NCBI RefSeq assembly: GCF_009914755.1 | Contig: NC_060927.1 | Source of the DNA: the human T2T-CHM13v2.0 reference genome, Homo sapiens | DNA length: 64,000 nucleotides | Direction: 5' to 3' (one strand) | Shown: piece by piece, positions 15,392 through 29,453 of the stretch | Layout: the number at the start of each line of letters is the position of its first letter | Numbering within the stretch: the stretch's first letter is position 1 | Program-made: the position numbers and the translations under genes | The notes under the pieces: model-generated | Database searches by the model: none | What the model saw: the letters and a program-made list of their open reading frames with translations, nothing else | Told to the model about the DNA's origin: nothing

Positions 15392-15820
15392 ACAGTGCTT
15401 CCCAATACAAATTTAACATGAGTTATATATAATTAAAAAATTTCTTATAGCTACATTAAAAAGTTAAAAAAGGTAAAATTAATTTTAGTAATACATTTTA
15501 CTTTACACCATATATCAAACAGTTTTCCATTTCAATATGTAATTAAGAGGGTTCTCAACCAAGGTTGATTTTATTTCCAGCGCTATGTAGTAATGTCTGA
15601 AGATATTTTTGATTGTTATAACTGGATAGATATTCTACATATTCTAGGTCATGAGTAGGTAAAGGCCAGGGATATGGCTAAATATTATACGATGCACAGG
15701 ATATCCCGTAACCAAATAATTATCCAGTCAAAAACATTAATAGGGTCAAAAACCTTGTATCAATATGTAAATCTTAGTGTGATATTTATATATTTCTGTT
15801 TTGTTTTCCAAATCTGTTGA
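15392..15820. mobile_element. MER33-like MITE with nested MER20 (about 15547-15756)
   Basis: cagtgcttcccaatacaaat...aaaaggtaaaattaatttta (MER33); gttctcaacc...aatgtctgaagatatttttgattgt...ggccagggat (MER20). Confidence 0.62.
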
Positions 15821-16751
15821 ATTTAAAACTTCTAAATATACAAATGATTATTAATTCATTTGATTAACTTTTAAACTATTTTACCAATTTTTAGTTTAAT
15901 ATAGATGAAGAAAATGATTCACCAAGGGAAATGATTGACAGTTGGGTGCCTGGAGGATTAGCAAAGAACAAGGGAGTACGCTCAATGAGAGTGGAACAGA
16001 GTTTGGGACGGGCTAGTGGACTAGATTCTTGGTCTCCCTGTCTTTCTCTCTTCAGGCTCTATAGTAAAATTTTGCTTCTCTGCCATCTGAATTGACTTTC
16101 TTCGTTCAAAACTATTTTTCAAGTTGTTGAGTTTTATTGTAATGAAGTGATATTTGTCTCTTTTTTCTTACCTTCTCATTCTGCTTTTCCTCTACCTCCT
16201 CCTGCTTATTTTCCTTTCGATCTGGAGTAATCTATATAAATTACTTGTCAAATAGATGCTTCAGAAAAAAATGCTCAGCTTAAACCTCTTTTATTGGCTT
16301 TTCCCTTTCTTTAGGAAAATTTGCAAATTCATCTTTTATTATGGTTCAGCGTCAAACTGCATTTAGTTTTCCAGTCTCTCCCCAACAACTTCAGCCCCTC
16401 TCTACCACCATCCCACCCCCGCCCCCACAGAACGCGTGAATTGGTGAATTTCCTGTGTAAGACACTGAACCTGCTTTTCACACTCACAAGCTAGAGGATC
16501 ATTGGCAGTAACTTAGCCTTTTGAAAATTTCAGTTTATGTATCTGTAAGGAAAAAGAGTTTAAGTTTACATTTTCTAGGATTCTTTCATGCTCTTTCGTA
16601 GAATGTCCTTAAATTCAAAATGATAGCTAAATCTATTCCCCACTTGATCACATAGTATGTAAGTTCTTTTCTTCCTGCTTTTGCTTACATCATTTCATAT
16701 CCTTGTAATAACTCTGCCTAGTGACTATTCTATTAATTGATCATGTGTTAA

Positions 16752-17091
<340 letters not shown>

Positions 17092-17340
17092 CATTTACGT
17101 GGTCTTAACCGCCACTCACATTAAGGATTATTTAAATTAATGAACCATATGAGATGCATAAGATAAAAAAAAAAAAGAATGAAAGTGGAATTAGGCTCAT
17201 TTCTCTATTCTTTCAGTCACATAAAATACATTGTTCATTTTATACAAGTCACTTCCCAAGAAAACTCTGCAATCTCTGAAAATCATTTAAATTATCTGTC
17301 CCTTAACGCCTTTCATAAAAAAAGAAATGGATTTAATTAT

Positions 17341-17655
17341 TGTCTTAGTCATTTGGGCTGCTGTAACAAGATACCATAAAGTAGTGGCTTATAGACAACA
17401 GAAATTTATTTCTTACAGGAGACTAAGTCCAAGATCAAAGTGCTGGCAGATTCAGTGTCGGTCAGGATCCACTTCTTAGTTCTAGAGGAACCTTCTCATT
17501 GTGTCCTCACATGGCTCTCCTCTCTTTAGCTGCTTATAAGGGTATTAATCCATTCATGACTTAATCAGCTCCCCCAAACTCCACCTCCTAATTGTCACAT
17601 TGGAGAATAGGTTTTGACATATGCATTTTGGAGGGACACAAACATTCACATGTTA
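17341..17655 (-). mobile_element. MLT1A-like MaLR LTR
   Basis: tgtcttagtcatttgggctgctgtaacaagatacc...ttttggagggacacaaacattca. Confidence 0.8.
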
Positions 17656-17744
17656 TATTATCTCTCAGTTATATTATCTCTCAGGTCTGCATATTCGTTT
17701 CTCTTCCAGTTTGAAAACATAGAAGTTCACTTTAACATTAAGGG

Positions 17745-17920
17745 ATAGCAATCATGCGCTTTGCACTCTTAGGCTCAGACACACTCACATTCTGGTTCTG
17801 TCACTAACTGCGCAGCTTTGGAAAGTATTTAATCACTGTGAAAATCCGTTCCCTCAATAAGGAGGGATAATAGATGGTGAGAATTTGGCACACAGTAATT
17901 CTGAAATAAATAGCATCATT
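17745..17920 (+). mobile_element. MIR fragment
   Basis: ctggttctgtcactaactgcgcagctttggaaagtatttaatcactgtg core-like sequence. Confidence 0.5.
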
Positions 17921-19595
17921 CCTTAATTTATTAATATTTTGTTACATTTTCAAATATTTATTGATCCATGGGGCTTTAAAAATTACAGTTTGGTTACACA
18001 ATTTATCCATTTTTTGATGATTTAGAATAATAATGACCTGAGATCCATATTCAAAGCATTAATTACAAGATTCCTTGGCAGTCCCTCTTCTACCTGTAAA
18101 TCTTTATATTCTACTTTGACCGTCACTACCCAGGTCAAGGCTGCCTATTGTTCATTGAGCAAAGTCCAGACTGCTCAGCCTGCTACATAGGGTCCCCCAC
18201 AATCTTGTCTATAGCAAATTCTCTTTCACTCACAACTACTCTCTCAGTGTACTCCATCTATAGTGTACTTCAAACTCCATTTAATTGTTGCGTCTTGCAA
18301 TTTCTCAAATATTCCCAATTTTTTTTTGCCTCTCAGATCTTGTTCATGTTGCCTAGCCCAATTCAGAACACCCCACTTCCATATCCAACTACTTTAATAT
18401 GTTATCCATTACTTGAGCTCCACTCTATTAACAATATAGCAACATTCTTGTCTATCACTCTAGGCCAGAGATTCTTCTTGCTTTGCATTTCTATGCATCT
18501 GGCCTGGGGTTCTTTAATTATATTTACAAATAAATCCTTTTGATTTATTAATTCCCATTTCACCTATGAGATTGTAAGGGCCCTAAAATCTAAGAAATTG
18601 TAGCACATTTTCTTTCCTTTCTTACTTCACATTGCATAGTGTCTTGCCCTCATCAAATGCCTTGCCAATAAATACTTAAATGAGTATTTGGTTCTAGGTA
18701 GGAAGTATAAGGAGTTGGGCTAAGAACAATTTCTTTTACTTAAGAAAATGGCTTTTCTAAAGCTTGTATTAATTCTACAGTGAGGAAAATGGTGTGTTAG
18801 AATCACATTCTGGGATTTGTGCCAGGCTTACACTACAAAGTAAGAAGTGTTTGAAAAAGTAACACTGGAGTGTTAGACTCTTTCACTAAAGAAGTGTTAA
18901 TTGCAGTACTTCAGAATATGAAATATAGTATAACAACACACTTTTCATCAAAAAGGTATAACATGTCAGAGATACATAATAAATTGAAAGTGATTTAATT
19001 TTTAAAAGATTGAGACCGTAGCATATCATTTATGATAAAAAGAAAGCTATTGAAATCTGTAACATGAAGTGCCATCATAGTATTTGTACTTGGTATTCTT
19101 ATTCATAACTCAACTCTAAATTAGCCCTTGTTGCTTCACAATTTGCAATTTCATTGAATTGTCTGTTAGAGGAAACATTTCATTTATTATTTCTTTATTT
19201 TCAATAATAAAATACAAAAACCATTTGTTTGGGGGAGAAAAATCTTCCCTTCACTGGAGATTATATTTTGCACTTTCAAATTCTGTCCCATATAAAATAC
19301 CTTGATATATTTACTATAAATCTATAATTCTGAATAGATCATATCACTGTCTTAGATATGAAAAACTATTGAAAGGATTTTTAGGAAATTGTTTAGAGAG
19401 TTAAAGAAATAAATAACATTTTTACAATTATCTTCTCCAATGTGTGATCTTCCCTACAGTTGTATAATATTCTATGAAGTTGGAAGTATTTCATAATTCT
19501 AGTTTTACCAAAGAAGAAATGGATTTCCAGAAAAGGGCTTAGTCTAATACTATATAGTCTACATGTAGGTGAAATATTTTTTTTAATGGCTAGAA

Positions 19596-20862
19596 CTGCA
19601 CTTTCCAATACAATGACCATTAGTCAAATGTGGCTATTGAACACTTGAAATGTGGTTAAGGCCACATTTTAAAATTAAAAACTGAAGCAGTGTAAACGTT
19701 TTTCCGATAAACATCATTATTGTTTTGGTAGGACTACATTTCCCTTAAATATTGCATCACTTTAAGATATTTTTGTTTTACTGTAGTGTGCATTTCCAGT
19801 ATTATCACAAGCAAATCACAGATCTAGTTGATATCAATGGATTCATACCTTTTGAATGATTTTTCTTTGCACACTGATGTAATTTGTGATTGACTATTTT
19901 ATGCAGAAAACATCAGTTATAGTAACATTTATGTAGCTTGTAGCTGGAAATTAAGATAAAATACATAAGATAGTTCTGATTATAATATAATTAACTGACA
20001 TTTTTAGCTTACAAGTAAGTATCTACACATTTTAAAATTTAAGACAAAACCACAGTACTGTGCAGAATGAAATGAAGATGCAAAAGCTTACAATATGATG
20101 AAAGATACAAAAAAAGTGGAAGGTTTGTCAAAAATTTATGACAAATGGAAATTGAAATGTGCTGCATCAGAGAAACACAGAAAACTTATTTGGGCATTGT
20201 GTTAAAAGTTAAGTATAATAGAGTAGACAATATTCAGAAACATTTTCAGCAGCCATGTAGTGATTTTGATTTCTATCAAAAAATGAAAAAGAGTCAGCAC
20301 ATTAGTTGCCTGAAATCAAATGGAATATCTAACAGAGATTAAAAAAATTTTTTTTTAGAAAAATTTGAATTTATAATATTGGCAGACTCTAAGATGGCTT
20401 GGATTCTAGCACAATAAAGAAAACCAGTTTTATATGGAGAGATAGTAACATTTATTTCAGTTACAGAAAATTTGTTACAGAATTATGAGGAAATACTAAA
20501 AACTACATATTTTTAAAGTGAAATAATCTTCAATAAAGCCACCAAACAATGACTCTAAATAAAAAACTTCCAATCAAAATAACGTATCAACTTATAAAAA
20601 AATTAGAAAACTTACAAATACTTTTCTTTAGCTTTAGATGAATCATGCATTATGCTACAGACTGTCCCATCAATATTTTGGGTGCATAATTACATATTGA
20701 AATGATAATGGATCATGATTGGATATATGAGGTTAAATAAACTATGTCGCTAGTGGTAATTCTACTTTTTTTTTTTTTTTTTTTTTTTTACTTTTTTAGT
20801 ATGGCTTCTAGAAAATTTTAAACTACAAATGTGGCTTACTTACATTTCTATGGGACGTACTG
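19596..20862 (+). mobile_element. Internally deleted Charlie-family hAT DNA transposon (MER33/MER3-type ends) with transposase remnants
   Basis: TIR-like ends ctgcactttccaata / tatgggacgtactg, ctagaa on both flanks, and YFSLALDESC encoded at 20619-20648 (hAT catalytic Asp motif). Confidence 0.8.
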
Positions 20863-23800
20863 ATTTCTAGAATATAAGTTCCCATAAGGCAGGGATGTTG
20901 ACTGTCTTGAAAACTACTGTTTCTCCAGGCCTGAGAGAAATATACCTGGCATATGGCAGTTAAAAATATGGTAGCTGAAATATATGCTTAAATGAAACGT
21001 CCCCACCATGTTAGCTCTCTTTCTAGTAGAAATTGTATGGGATTTGTAAGCAGAGAAACGTTTTCTCTCTCTTTATGTCCCTGTTTCTCTCTCTTCCACT
21101 CCCTTCCTCCCTCCCCCTTAGTCTCTCTTTTTTTTCTCATCAAAATGATTGTCATGAAAAATTCAAAAGTTGGAAAGTTTCATAGCTGTCTGGTGATGTC
21201 ACTCCTGAGAGAGAACTACTTACTGTTAATAACTTCGCATATCATTTTGAATTAGTCACAGCTTTCACTCCATTCCCAGCATTTTAAAAAACATAATTGG
21301 CATTATATAAAACACTTTAATGTTTTCTGCTCATATTATATTTTTATTAATTTTGCTCATGGAAGTAGTGCACACTTAAAAGAATTCTGACAATAACTTA
21401 ATGTATCTTATAGAAATACAAAATTGTTCCCCTCCTAGGAAGTAATACTTAGGTTTTATTATTTTCCCATATTTTGCCTTTGCAAATTCAAACATGTACT
21501 CGTTTTTTTTTTTTTTTTTTTTTTTTTTTGGATGTGGGATCATGCTGTACATATAAAGGACCTGTCCTTTGTGTATATCTGCCTTGATATGTAGTATTAA
21601 TCTCATTTGCTCTTTCAGTTAGCAGTGGAGAAAAGTCATTGACTTTAATCATCACCCTTGGCCAGCACGCTTATCCATTTTTAGCCCTACATCTTAACTC
21701 CTACCCAAATACTGAAATTCTTCCTCTAAGCCTTATACCATAACCAGCCTTTAGCAAAATTTCCTATATGACATGTTCAGCTCTTTTCTAATCATTCCCT
21801 TCTCAATAAGCTGATTGGTTGGCAGCTATGCTTTTTTTGAGGAAACTGCAACCCTCAAGTTTTTCCTTCAAAGTGATATATACCAGTCTTTTTGTCATAA
21901 AGGGAATTTTCCTCCTTGATTCTTATGGGTGTTTCTCCCTCTCTAATCCCTGACTTCCTTCCCCAGGCTTAGATGTCATGTTATCAGGCTGTATTGTGTC
22001 ACCAACTATCTTATTTATTGGTTTATGTCATTTTCTGAACTTCATGACAGTCTCATTTGGATCCAGGCTTACTTTCATCCTCCTCAATACTACTCGTATT
22101 AAAACTAAGATCCTTTTAATATCCTGAGTTCCCATTTTTATAATTTCTTTGTCCTAGTTGTCTCTTTTCACTTTAAAACCATGATCATAATCCAGACCTT
22201 CTCACTGTCAAATACTCTAAAATCTCAATTTAAAGCATCTCACACATTTCCTTTAGTTTCTCTTATTCTGACAATATGTTGATCCAACCATGGACCATAA
22301 TTCATTCACTTTACAAATATTTAAGTGTCCTTTGCCTCTTAGATGCTTCTTATAGTAGCTTAAATTGGTCCATTATAAAAATTATATTGCATACACCCTC
22401 AAATCTCTTGCCACATTCTCCTTTTATTGAAATTATCTGGCAAAACCACAATTCTAGTTAAATTCAATTTCCACAGAGTGGCTTTCAATACTGCTTACTT
22501 ACTGATGATTTCTGAACTTGAACCTCTAGTCCAGATATTATGACTGCAAACTTTTTACTTATTATCTACCAGTGGCATTTGTCATCTCAAACTCAATAGG
22601 TTACAAAACAATCTTCCTACCTCTCTTATTATATCACTGCCCAATCCCTAAACTTTGCTCCTTCTAATGTCTTCCTCGTCTCAGCCAAGAGCAACTCTGT
22701 TCTCCTAGATTAAGCTGTGAAGAATCGGCAGAGTTGCAATTTTGTTTAAAAATCAAAAAGCACAGGTTCTTTTAAAGATTATTTCCAGTATTATAATTCT
22801 TTTTGTCATTGTGAATGGTAATATTGAAATTTAAAAAATTTGGCTCAATTACTATTATTATTATTGCTGACAATTTAGAAGCACTTCCGTTGAACAAATT
22901 AAGTGACTCAGGTTTCTTAGAAAAGCTATTCAATAGAGGGAACCCATCTCTCATTTGTTTTTAAATATATCTTCAAAAAATGAGAGAATTTAAATCATCT
23001 TATTCCTCTGTGCATTAAAGAGTATGCTAAACATTTTCTTTTCCTTAATTTTCTCAGTATTGGATCAATTAGAGTCTACCAGAAAACACTAAGGGACATA
23101 TATTCAAACATTTCAAACCCAAATGGAGTCATAAAATAATTTTCAGGTCATCTGGGAATTTGGAAAAGCAGCTTGGAAATACATCTCTTGGAATTGTTAA
23201 GGCTAGCAAAAAATAGTTTTGAGAATGAGAAAGGTCATTGCACCTTATGTTTAGATACCTAAAAAATTAGGATGATATATTTATTAAGGTATTTATGTCC
23301 TAAATCATGGTTTGTGAGCTAGTTGAGAGGGAATGCATTTGAGTCACTTTGATTACTTTTTCAAAATACCTACACTGATCACAAGAGACTACATCAAGTA
23401 ATTGGAAGTAAACATGTCTATCGTGAAAAAGTTCTCAATATAATTCTGAAAGTATTTTCATTAATTTTGAGAATACATAGAAAGTTAGAGAAAGGCACAG
23501 TCTTTGGCTTGAAATGGCTTTAAATATGTCAGCAACAGGAAAGATGGAATTTACAACTAGAGTTGGATGAAATTTAGAATTTGAATCAAAGGCAAAAAAA
23601 AGATATTTCAGAGAGACACAGAAGTGCTATCAAAGTTATTAAAAAGAAGAAACCAACAATTTCGAATAAAGACTTTAAAACTTATGAGTCTAGGTATAAA
23701 TTATTAAATTTACCTGGAAATGTTGTTTTGTTATAAAATACATGTTCAATACATTTGATGAGTTAGGGAGTAAATTCAAAGGTGATAAGAGGAGAAAGAG

Positions 23801-24059
23801 GGTAAAGAATTAAAAACTAATATTTTTGAGATATATGTATCAGACAGCATTAAGGATTTTATGCTCTTTATCTCATTTAATTATCAAAAGCCTTTGAGGT
23901 AGGCAGTATTATTAACCATTTTTGACAATTTAGGGGACTGAAGCAGAGAGATTACATAACTTGCCCAAGGTTTTAAAGCCAGTGTGTAGTGGATCAAAGT
24001 TCAAACTCAATGTTTATCACTATACACTGCTAAAACTAAAAACAAAAACAAAACAAACC

Positions 24060-26240
24060 TCCAAACTGGCAATACTGATAACTGTCTAGGAGGTGGAGCA
24101 CATAGAACTCTCACACAATGCTGGAGGTAAAGGTAATAAATATTTAAATATACATCTATCACACATCTAGCAATCCTACTCCTAGGTATCTGAAAATATG
24201 TTCACACATTCATCTGTATTTGAATATTTATAATAACATTATTCGTGTCCTCCAAAAATTGGGAATAACTCTGGCACCATTCAATAGATGTATGGGTAAA
24301 TAAACTGTGGTTCAACTCCATGGTGGAATACCACTCAGCAATAACAAGGGAAAAACTATTGATTCACAGAGCAACATGGATCTTAAATGCACTTTCACAG
24401 ACATCATAAGCCTTATAAACCATGATTTTATTTATCTGACACTAAGAAAATGCAAGCATATAGAGACAGGAAACAGACAATAGGGTGCCGGGATCTTGGG
24501 GCCGCGGCAGTGGTTTACCACAAAGGGACCTTAGGAGCGAATTTTGGGGGTATTGAAACGGTTCTGTGTTAAACTGTGGTTTTGGATAGACAATTGTATG
24601 CATTTGTCAAACTTCATGGAACTGCACATCATAAAGAACGAATTTTTAAAGAATGCAACCAGTATATGGGAGTGGAGGATGGATGGAATATTGATTGTGT
24701 TCCAGGATGCAATTCAAGATCCCACATTGCTTTGTGACAGTATGTTACGAATACATGACATAATGACACTAAAGGGGATGAGGGAAAAGGGAGTTGATGG
24801 AAATAACTTTGAAATGGCTTTCAGTGGATACTGTAGGACTAGTGGACACTAGATAAATAAAGAACTCTAGTTGATACATTTGTTTCTCTCTGGGATAAAT
24901 GTTAGTAATTCTGAAGCCACTTAATTGAACACTGGAATTAAACAAGTAGATAATGAGAACCAGATTTTTCATGGTCTGAGAAGTTACAAATAGGCTGGAA
25001 TAAAGTCTATGGTGCTGGATGGGAGTCAGAGAAATAAATATGCACTTAAAAATAATTATAAATACAGATAGATACAGAGATAGCTACAGATGTGTGTATG
25101 TATGTGTGAATGTGTATGCTCAGGGTTGGTCTACAGACATATACCTACTAACAAGGTATAGAAACAGTGACACCCAAGTAGCAATTAGCAAAGCCAGTAC
25201 CCAGAGTATGGTTTCTAAATACTTTTCTCCAATGAAAGTATATAAGGCTCTTGTAGACCTAGCTAATTCAGATTTGAGATAGGGAATTACTGAATGAAAT
25301 TGGATAAAAATGCAGAATTTTCAGTTGACACTGGAGAATTTTGTAATTCCAAGAAACAAGGAAGTGCTTAAAAAGAAGAAAAAAGAGTCCAGGATCCCTT
25401 ATGGAAGAGGTCCCAATGACCCAAACTGAAACAGCTGGAGCAACAGAAAAAATAACTATGATATTAGATTATAACTCAAAATTTAAAAAGTAAAATAAAT
25501 CTATACATATGTAAATAAATAACAGAGTGACTGGGGAGTAGAGGCAGCTTTTCCTTACAGAAGAATTTCAATTAATAAATTTAGATGAAAAAAAGCAAAA
25601 TAAAAAAAATCACCATAGTAATAATTGCTGCAGGCAAGATCCACTGATAGACACTAAAATTAGGGGGTGAAAGTTTAAACAGAAACATGCTATTTACACA
25701 GACTTTTCCCAAATATTCTATAATTACTAAGGGGAAAACTAACTTTACAGTGGAGAATCCTGGCAGGCAGCACTATGATTAAGATGCCATGTGATTAAGG
25801 CTAACATTACCAGCAATCCTTATGGACATCGTGTGTCCTGAAAGGATGCATGGAGAACACATCACCTCTGTGGTATTCTTCCCAACTACACATTGCTTCA
25901 ACCTAAAAATGTGAAAACATCAGACAAGCACAATTTGAGAGACAGTCTATCAAGTAACTGACAAGTGTCCTTGTGAAAGACAAGAGAAAAGACTAAGGTA
26001 CTGTTTGGAGGAGACTAAAGAGATAGGACAATGCAATGTGGGATCTTGAATTGCATCCCGGGACAGAAAAAGAACACAGTGAAAAAAAGGTGGATCTGAA
26101 CCAATTTTGTTTAATGGTATTGCTTCAAAGTTAATTTCTCAATCGATGTTTGATTAAGGTTTTGTATGGTATTAACTTAAATGATAGCTGATAATTGTTA
26201 CATTATTTTAAAAACTATTATGTATGTCTAAATTATCTCA
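24060..26240 (+). mobile_element. L1MC/MD-type 3' regions
   Basis: gcaatcctactcctaggtat...taaactgtgg...ccactcagcaata; actttacagtggagaatcctggcag...tgcaatgtgggatcttgaattgcatccc. Confidence 0.65.
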
Positions 26241-26999
26241 AAATAAAAAATTTCAGTGATGTATGCTAGCAATCAAGACGTTATTGGAAGAATATGTTGT
26301 GGTCATCCCTCTCATTACTCTAAGGCCATTAAAGTGATAGGTAAAATATTAGAAGTGAAATGGTAAATCATAACACTGGGTTTCCAAAATATAAAAATGT
26401 CCTTATGGATCAGAAATAGAAAAGAAAAGTGATTAAGAGGTCTGAAGCCACAGACCTACTGAACTCTTAGTCTAGAAATAGGCCTACATGGCTGAAACAA
26501 GGTAATGGGAAATAATAATGCTTGTATGAGATAAGAGAATAAATCCAGTCTTAGTGAAACAAGGAACCAGAGAGAACAGAGTCAGAGTGATCATAGGCTC
26601 GATCATTGAACAGTCACTAGAAAAAAAACCTTTCCCCTCTTAGCTTTTTTTTTTGTTTAACTACAGATTATATTGAGAAAATAATTTCTCAGACTCCTTT
26701 AGAGCTACATTGTGACCTTTCTAGTCATTGAGATGATAATGTTAGTTTTGGGTGAGAGCTTCTCAGCTCATGTACACCTTGTAAGGAGAAAGTCCTGGGG
26801 ACATTCCTATTATTTCTCCCTGAATAAGTAACATGATATGTGGAGGTAGAGCTGTCATATTTGAGATCACAAGGATAAACATCCCACATTAGGGTGACAG
26901 AGCATGAAGACAGAACCATCTTTCTTGATGTCATCTTTAAATTGTTCTAGCAGTCATGACTTCCTACTTCTTTACACCTTTTAAAAGATTGAGATAAAA

Positions 27000-28450
27000 A
27001 AGTAAAAGGAATTATATGGATCACTAAAAAACTGTTAAACAATAAAAGAATATAGTGTTTGTGAATACAAATGAATATATATAAATCGGTGACCTTCCTA
27101 TATACAAATGAGAAGCAATTCAAAAGTATAATGGAATAAATGGTCTCACAATGGCAAAAGGAAGTAATGAAAAGTAAAGATAAATGGAAGAAAAGGGTAA
27201 AATAACTTTTTTTCAAATAATATTAAGGGGACAAGTTTTATGGAATAGTATACTTTATTCTTGTACAGTATGTTTTAAAATTATAATTTTAATTATATCT
27301 ACATTAATCTATACATTTAAATATATGCAATAAAATGTTAAGATTTTCTTGGACCTAGCCAAATTACCTTTTAAGTCCAAAATTGCAAATATAATTGGAA
27401 AAGCTGTAAAACAATGTAATGAGAGGTGACCAACTCCATGAGAAATTAAAAAATATTTTATCTCCATGGTAATCAAAGCATACATAGACAACATGTAAAC
27501 AGAACAGAATAGAGAATCCAGATATTGAACCTAAATTGTTTAGTTCATAATGAAGATGAAGTTCCACACTGGTTGGAAGAGAAGTATTATTTAATAAATA
27601 GAACTGGGATTACTGGCTAGCCATATGGAAAAAACCTGTATTATAGTTTATTTCTCACAAGTAAATAAATTTCAGATGACTCACAATTATTGTATAAAAC
27701 ATGAAACCATATAAATAAATAACAGAAAGTATGGATACTTTTTATGATCTTGAAATGGGATACCTTCTGTAAACACAAAAGTAAAAAACAGTCTTAAAAG
27801 GGAAATATGCTAGATCTGATGTGCAAAAATTAGAATTGTGGGTGTATAGAAAAAGACTAAAATGTAGTCAAAAGAGAACATAGGATATTTTATTTACTTA
27901 ACGAGTGCTCATAAACCAATAAACTTCTGATAAAATTATGTGTAAAGAACTATTCAACAACAAAACATTACATTGATTTTTAAATGTGTAAAAATATGCT
28001 CAAATTCAATCATAATAATAAAAATAGCAATGAAAACAACACCATTTACCCACAATGTATTGATGAGAATCTTTGAGAATGAGAAACATTCATTGTCATA
28101 AATTGTGTAGAGAATTTAAATTGGAACAATCTCTTGAGAGAGTAATTTGGCAAACTATATCAATATAAAAAAATACATATAATTTGATTCAGCAATTCTA
28201 CTCTAGGAATTTATCCAACAGTTGTACTTTTACATGTGAACTATATATATGCCAATGTATTTATTGCAGCACTATTTGCCTTAGCAAAATAATAGAAACA
28301 AAGTAGATGTCTATTATTAGGTAGCTAATAAAATAAACTGTAGTGTATTCGTACAATGAAATGCTACATAGTCAAGTAAAATTATTTTCTATGAGATTGA
28401 ATGATATTTGAGATACATTGTTGAGTCAAAGAAACAAAATAGAAAAACTT
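27000..28450 (+). mobile_element. Old L1ME-type ORF2/3'UTR fragment
   Basis: Degraded sense L1 motifs (agaacagaatagagaatccaga; tttgattcagcaattctactctaggaatttatcc). Confidence 0.6.
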
Positions 28451-29132
28451 CAGTCCTTAGTGTCTGTTAGGTCCTGTTATAGACACTAGCGATTTCAATA
28501 GTGAATGAGATAGAGTCCCTTACCTTAAGTCACTTATCTTCTAATAGTAAAAGACAGGCAACAAAAATGTAAGCAAAATAATTATTGTAAAAGATAATCT
28601 AAAATACAGTGAACTACTGTAGAGAAGATAAAACAATGTAAAGTGACCCAAAGTGGTTATGGGTACTGCTTTGGCTTTGGCTGGGGTCGGGGGAATAGTG
28701 GGGAGTGATGTTTTATCTAAGGTTTTGGAGTAAGGTTTCATTAAATACAGCAAAATGCCAGTTCGACCATTCATAGAAATATGCTACCTTTTGCATTTGT
28801 TAAAAAGATTCTCTATCTCTTTCCATATTGATTCATTTATATATTCACAAATCGTCTCTGCAATAATAAATAACAAACTACTAACAGTGGTTGCCTCTGG
28901 GAAAATGAAGGACTAAGATGTAAGAAACAGATTTTTCATATTCCCATTTGTATAGTTTACAATTTTTGGAAACCACATTGTGCATATTATCTACTGAAAT
29001 AACTATAAATAAATACATACATAGAAGTCTTACATTCTTATCTTTCCTCAGTTCTTACATGTTGGTGATGATTTGGCATAGTTTTAAGATGGCAATAATT
29101 TTAACAAGGTAAATAAAAAAGAAATATGTTTC

Positions 29133-29453
29133 CAGGGACATGGATGACGCTGGAAACCATCATTCTCAGCAAACTAACACAAGAACAGAAAATCAAACAC
29201 CGCATGTTCTCACTCGTAAGTGGGAGTGGATCAATGAGAGCACATGGACACAGGGAGGGGAACAGGAAGGGCCTGTCATGGGGTGGGGGACTAGGGGAGG
29301 GAAAGCATTAGGAGAAATACCTAATGTAGATGATGGGTTGATGGGTGCAACAAACCACCATGGCACGTGTATATCTATGTAACAAACCTGCATGTTCTGC
29401 ACATGTATCGCAGAACTTAAAGTATAATAAAATAAAATAAATAAATAAGCCAT
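29133..29453 (+). mobile_element. 5'-truncated L1PA (PA6-PA8-like) 3' end
   Basis: L1 3'UTR and A-tail; TSD aaaaagaaatatgtttc (29116-29132) vs aaaaagaagtatctttc (29454-29470). Confidence 0.92.

Noticed and set aside
17652-17683. 16-bp tandem duplication (also a ~32-bp one near 61927-61983)
   Set aside because: Ordinary slippage duplications with no further structure.
18148-18543. 131-aa ORF
   Set aside because: TTG start, lies in L2-like pyrimidine-rich sequence, no recognisable domain or splice context.
21503-21529. Long poly(T) run (also 20767-20789)
   Set aside because: No flanking TSD or element body; simple slippage tract.
22690-22738. 9-bp inverted repeat gcaactctg / cagagttgc
   Set aside because: Short with a long spacer; expected by chance in 64 kb.
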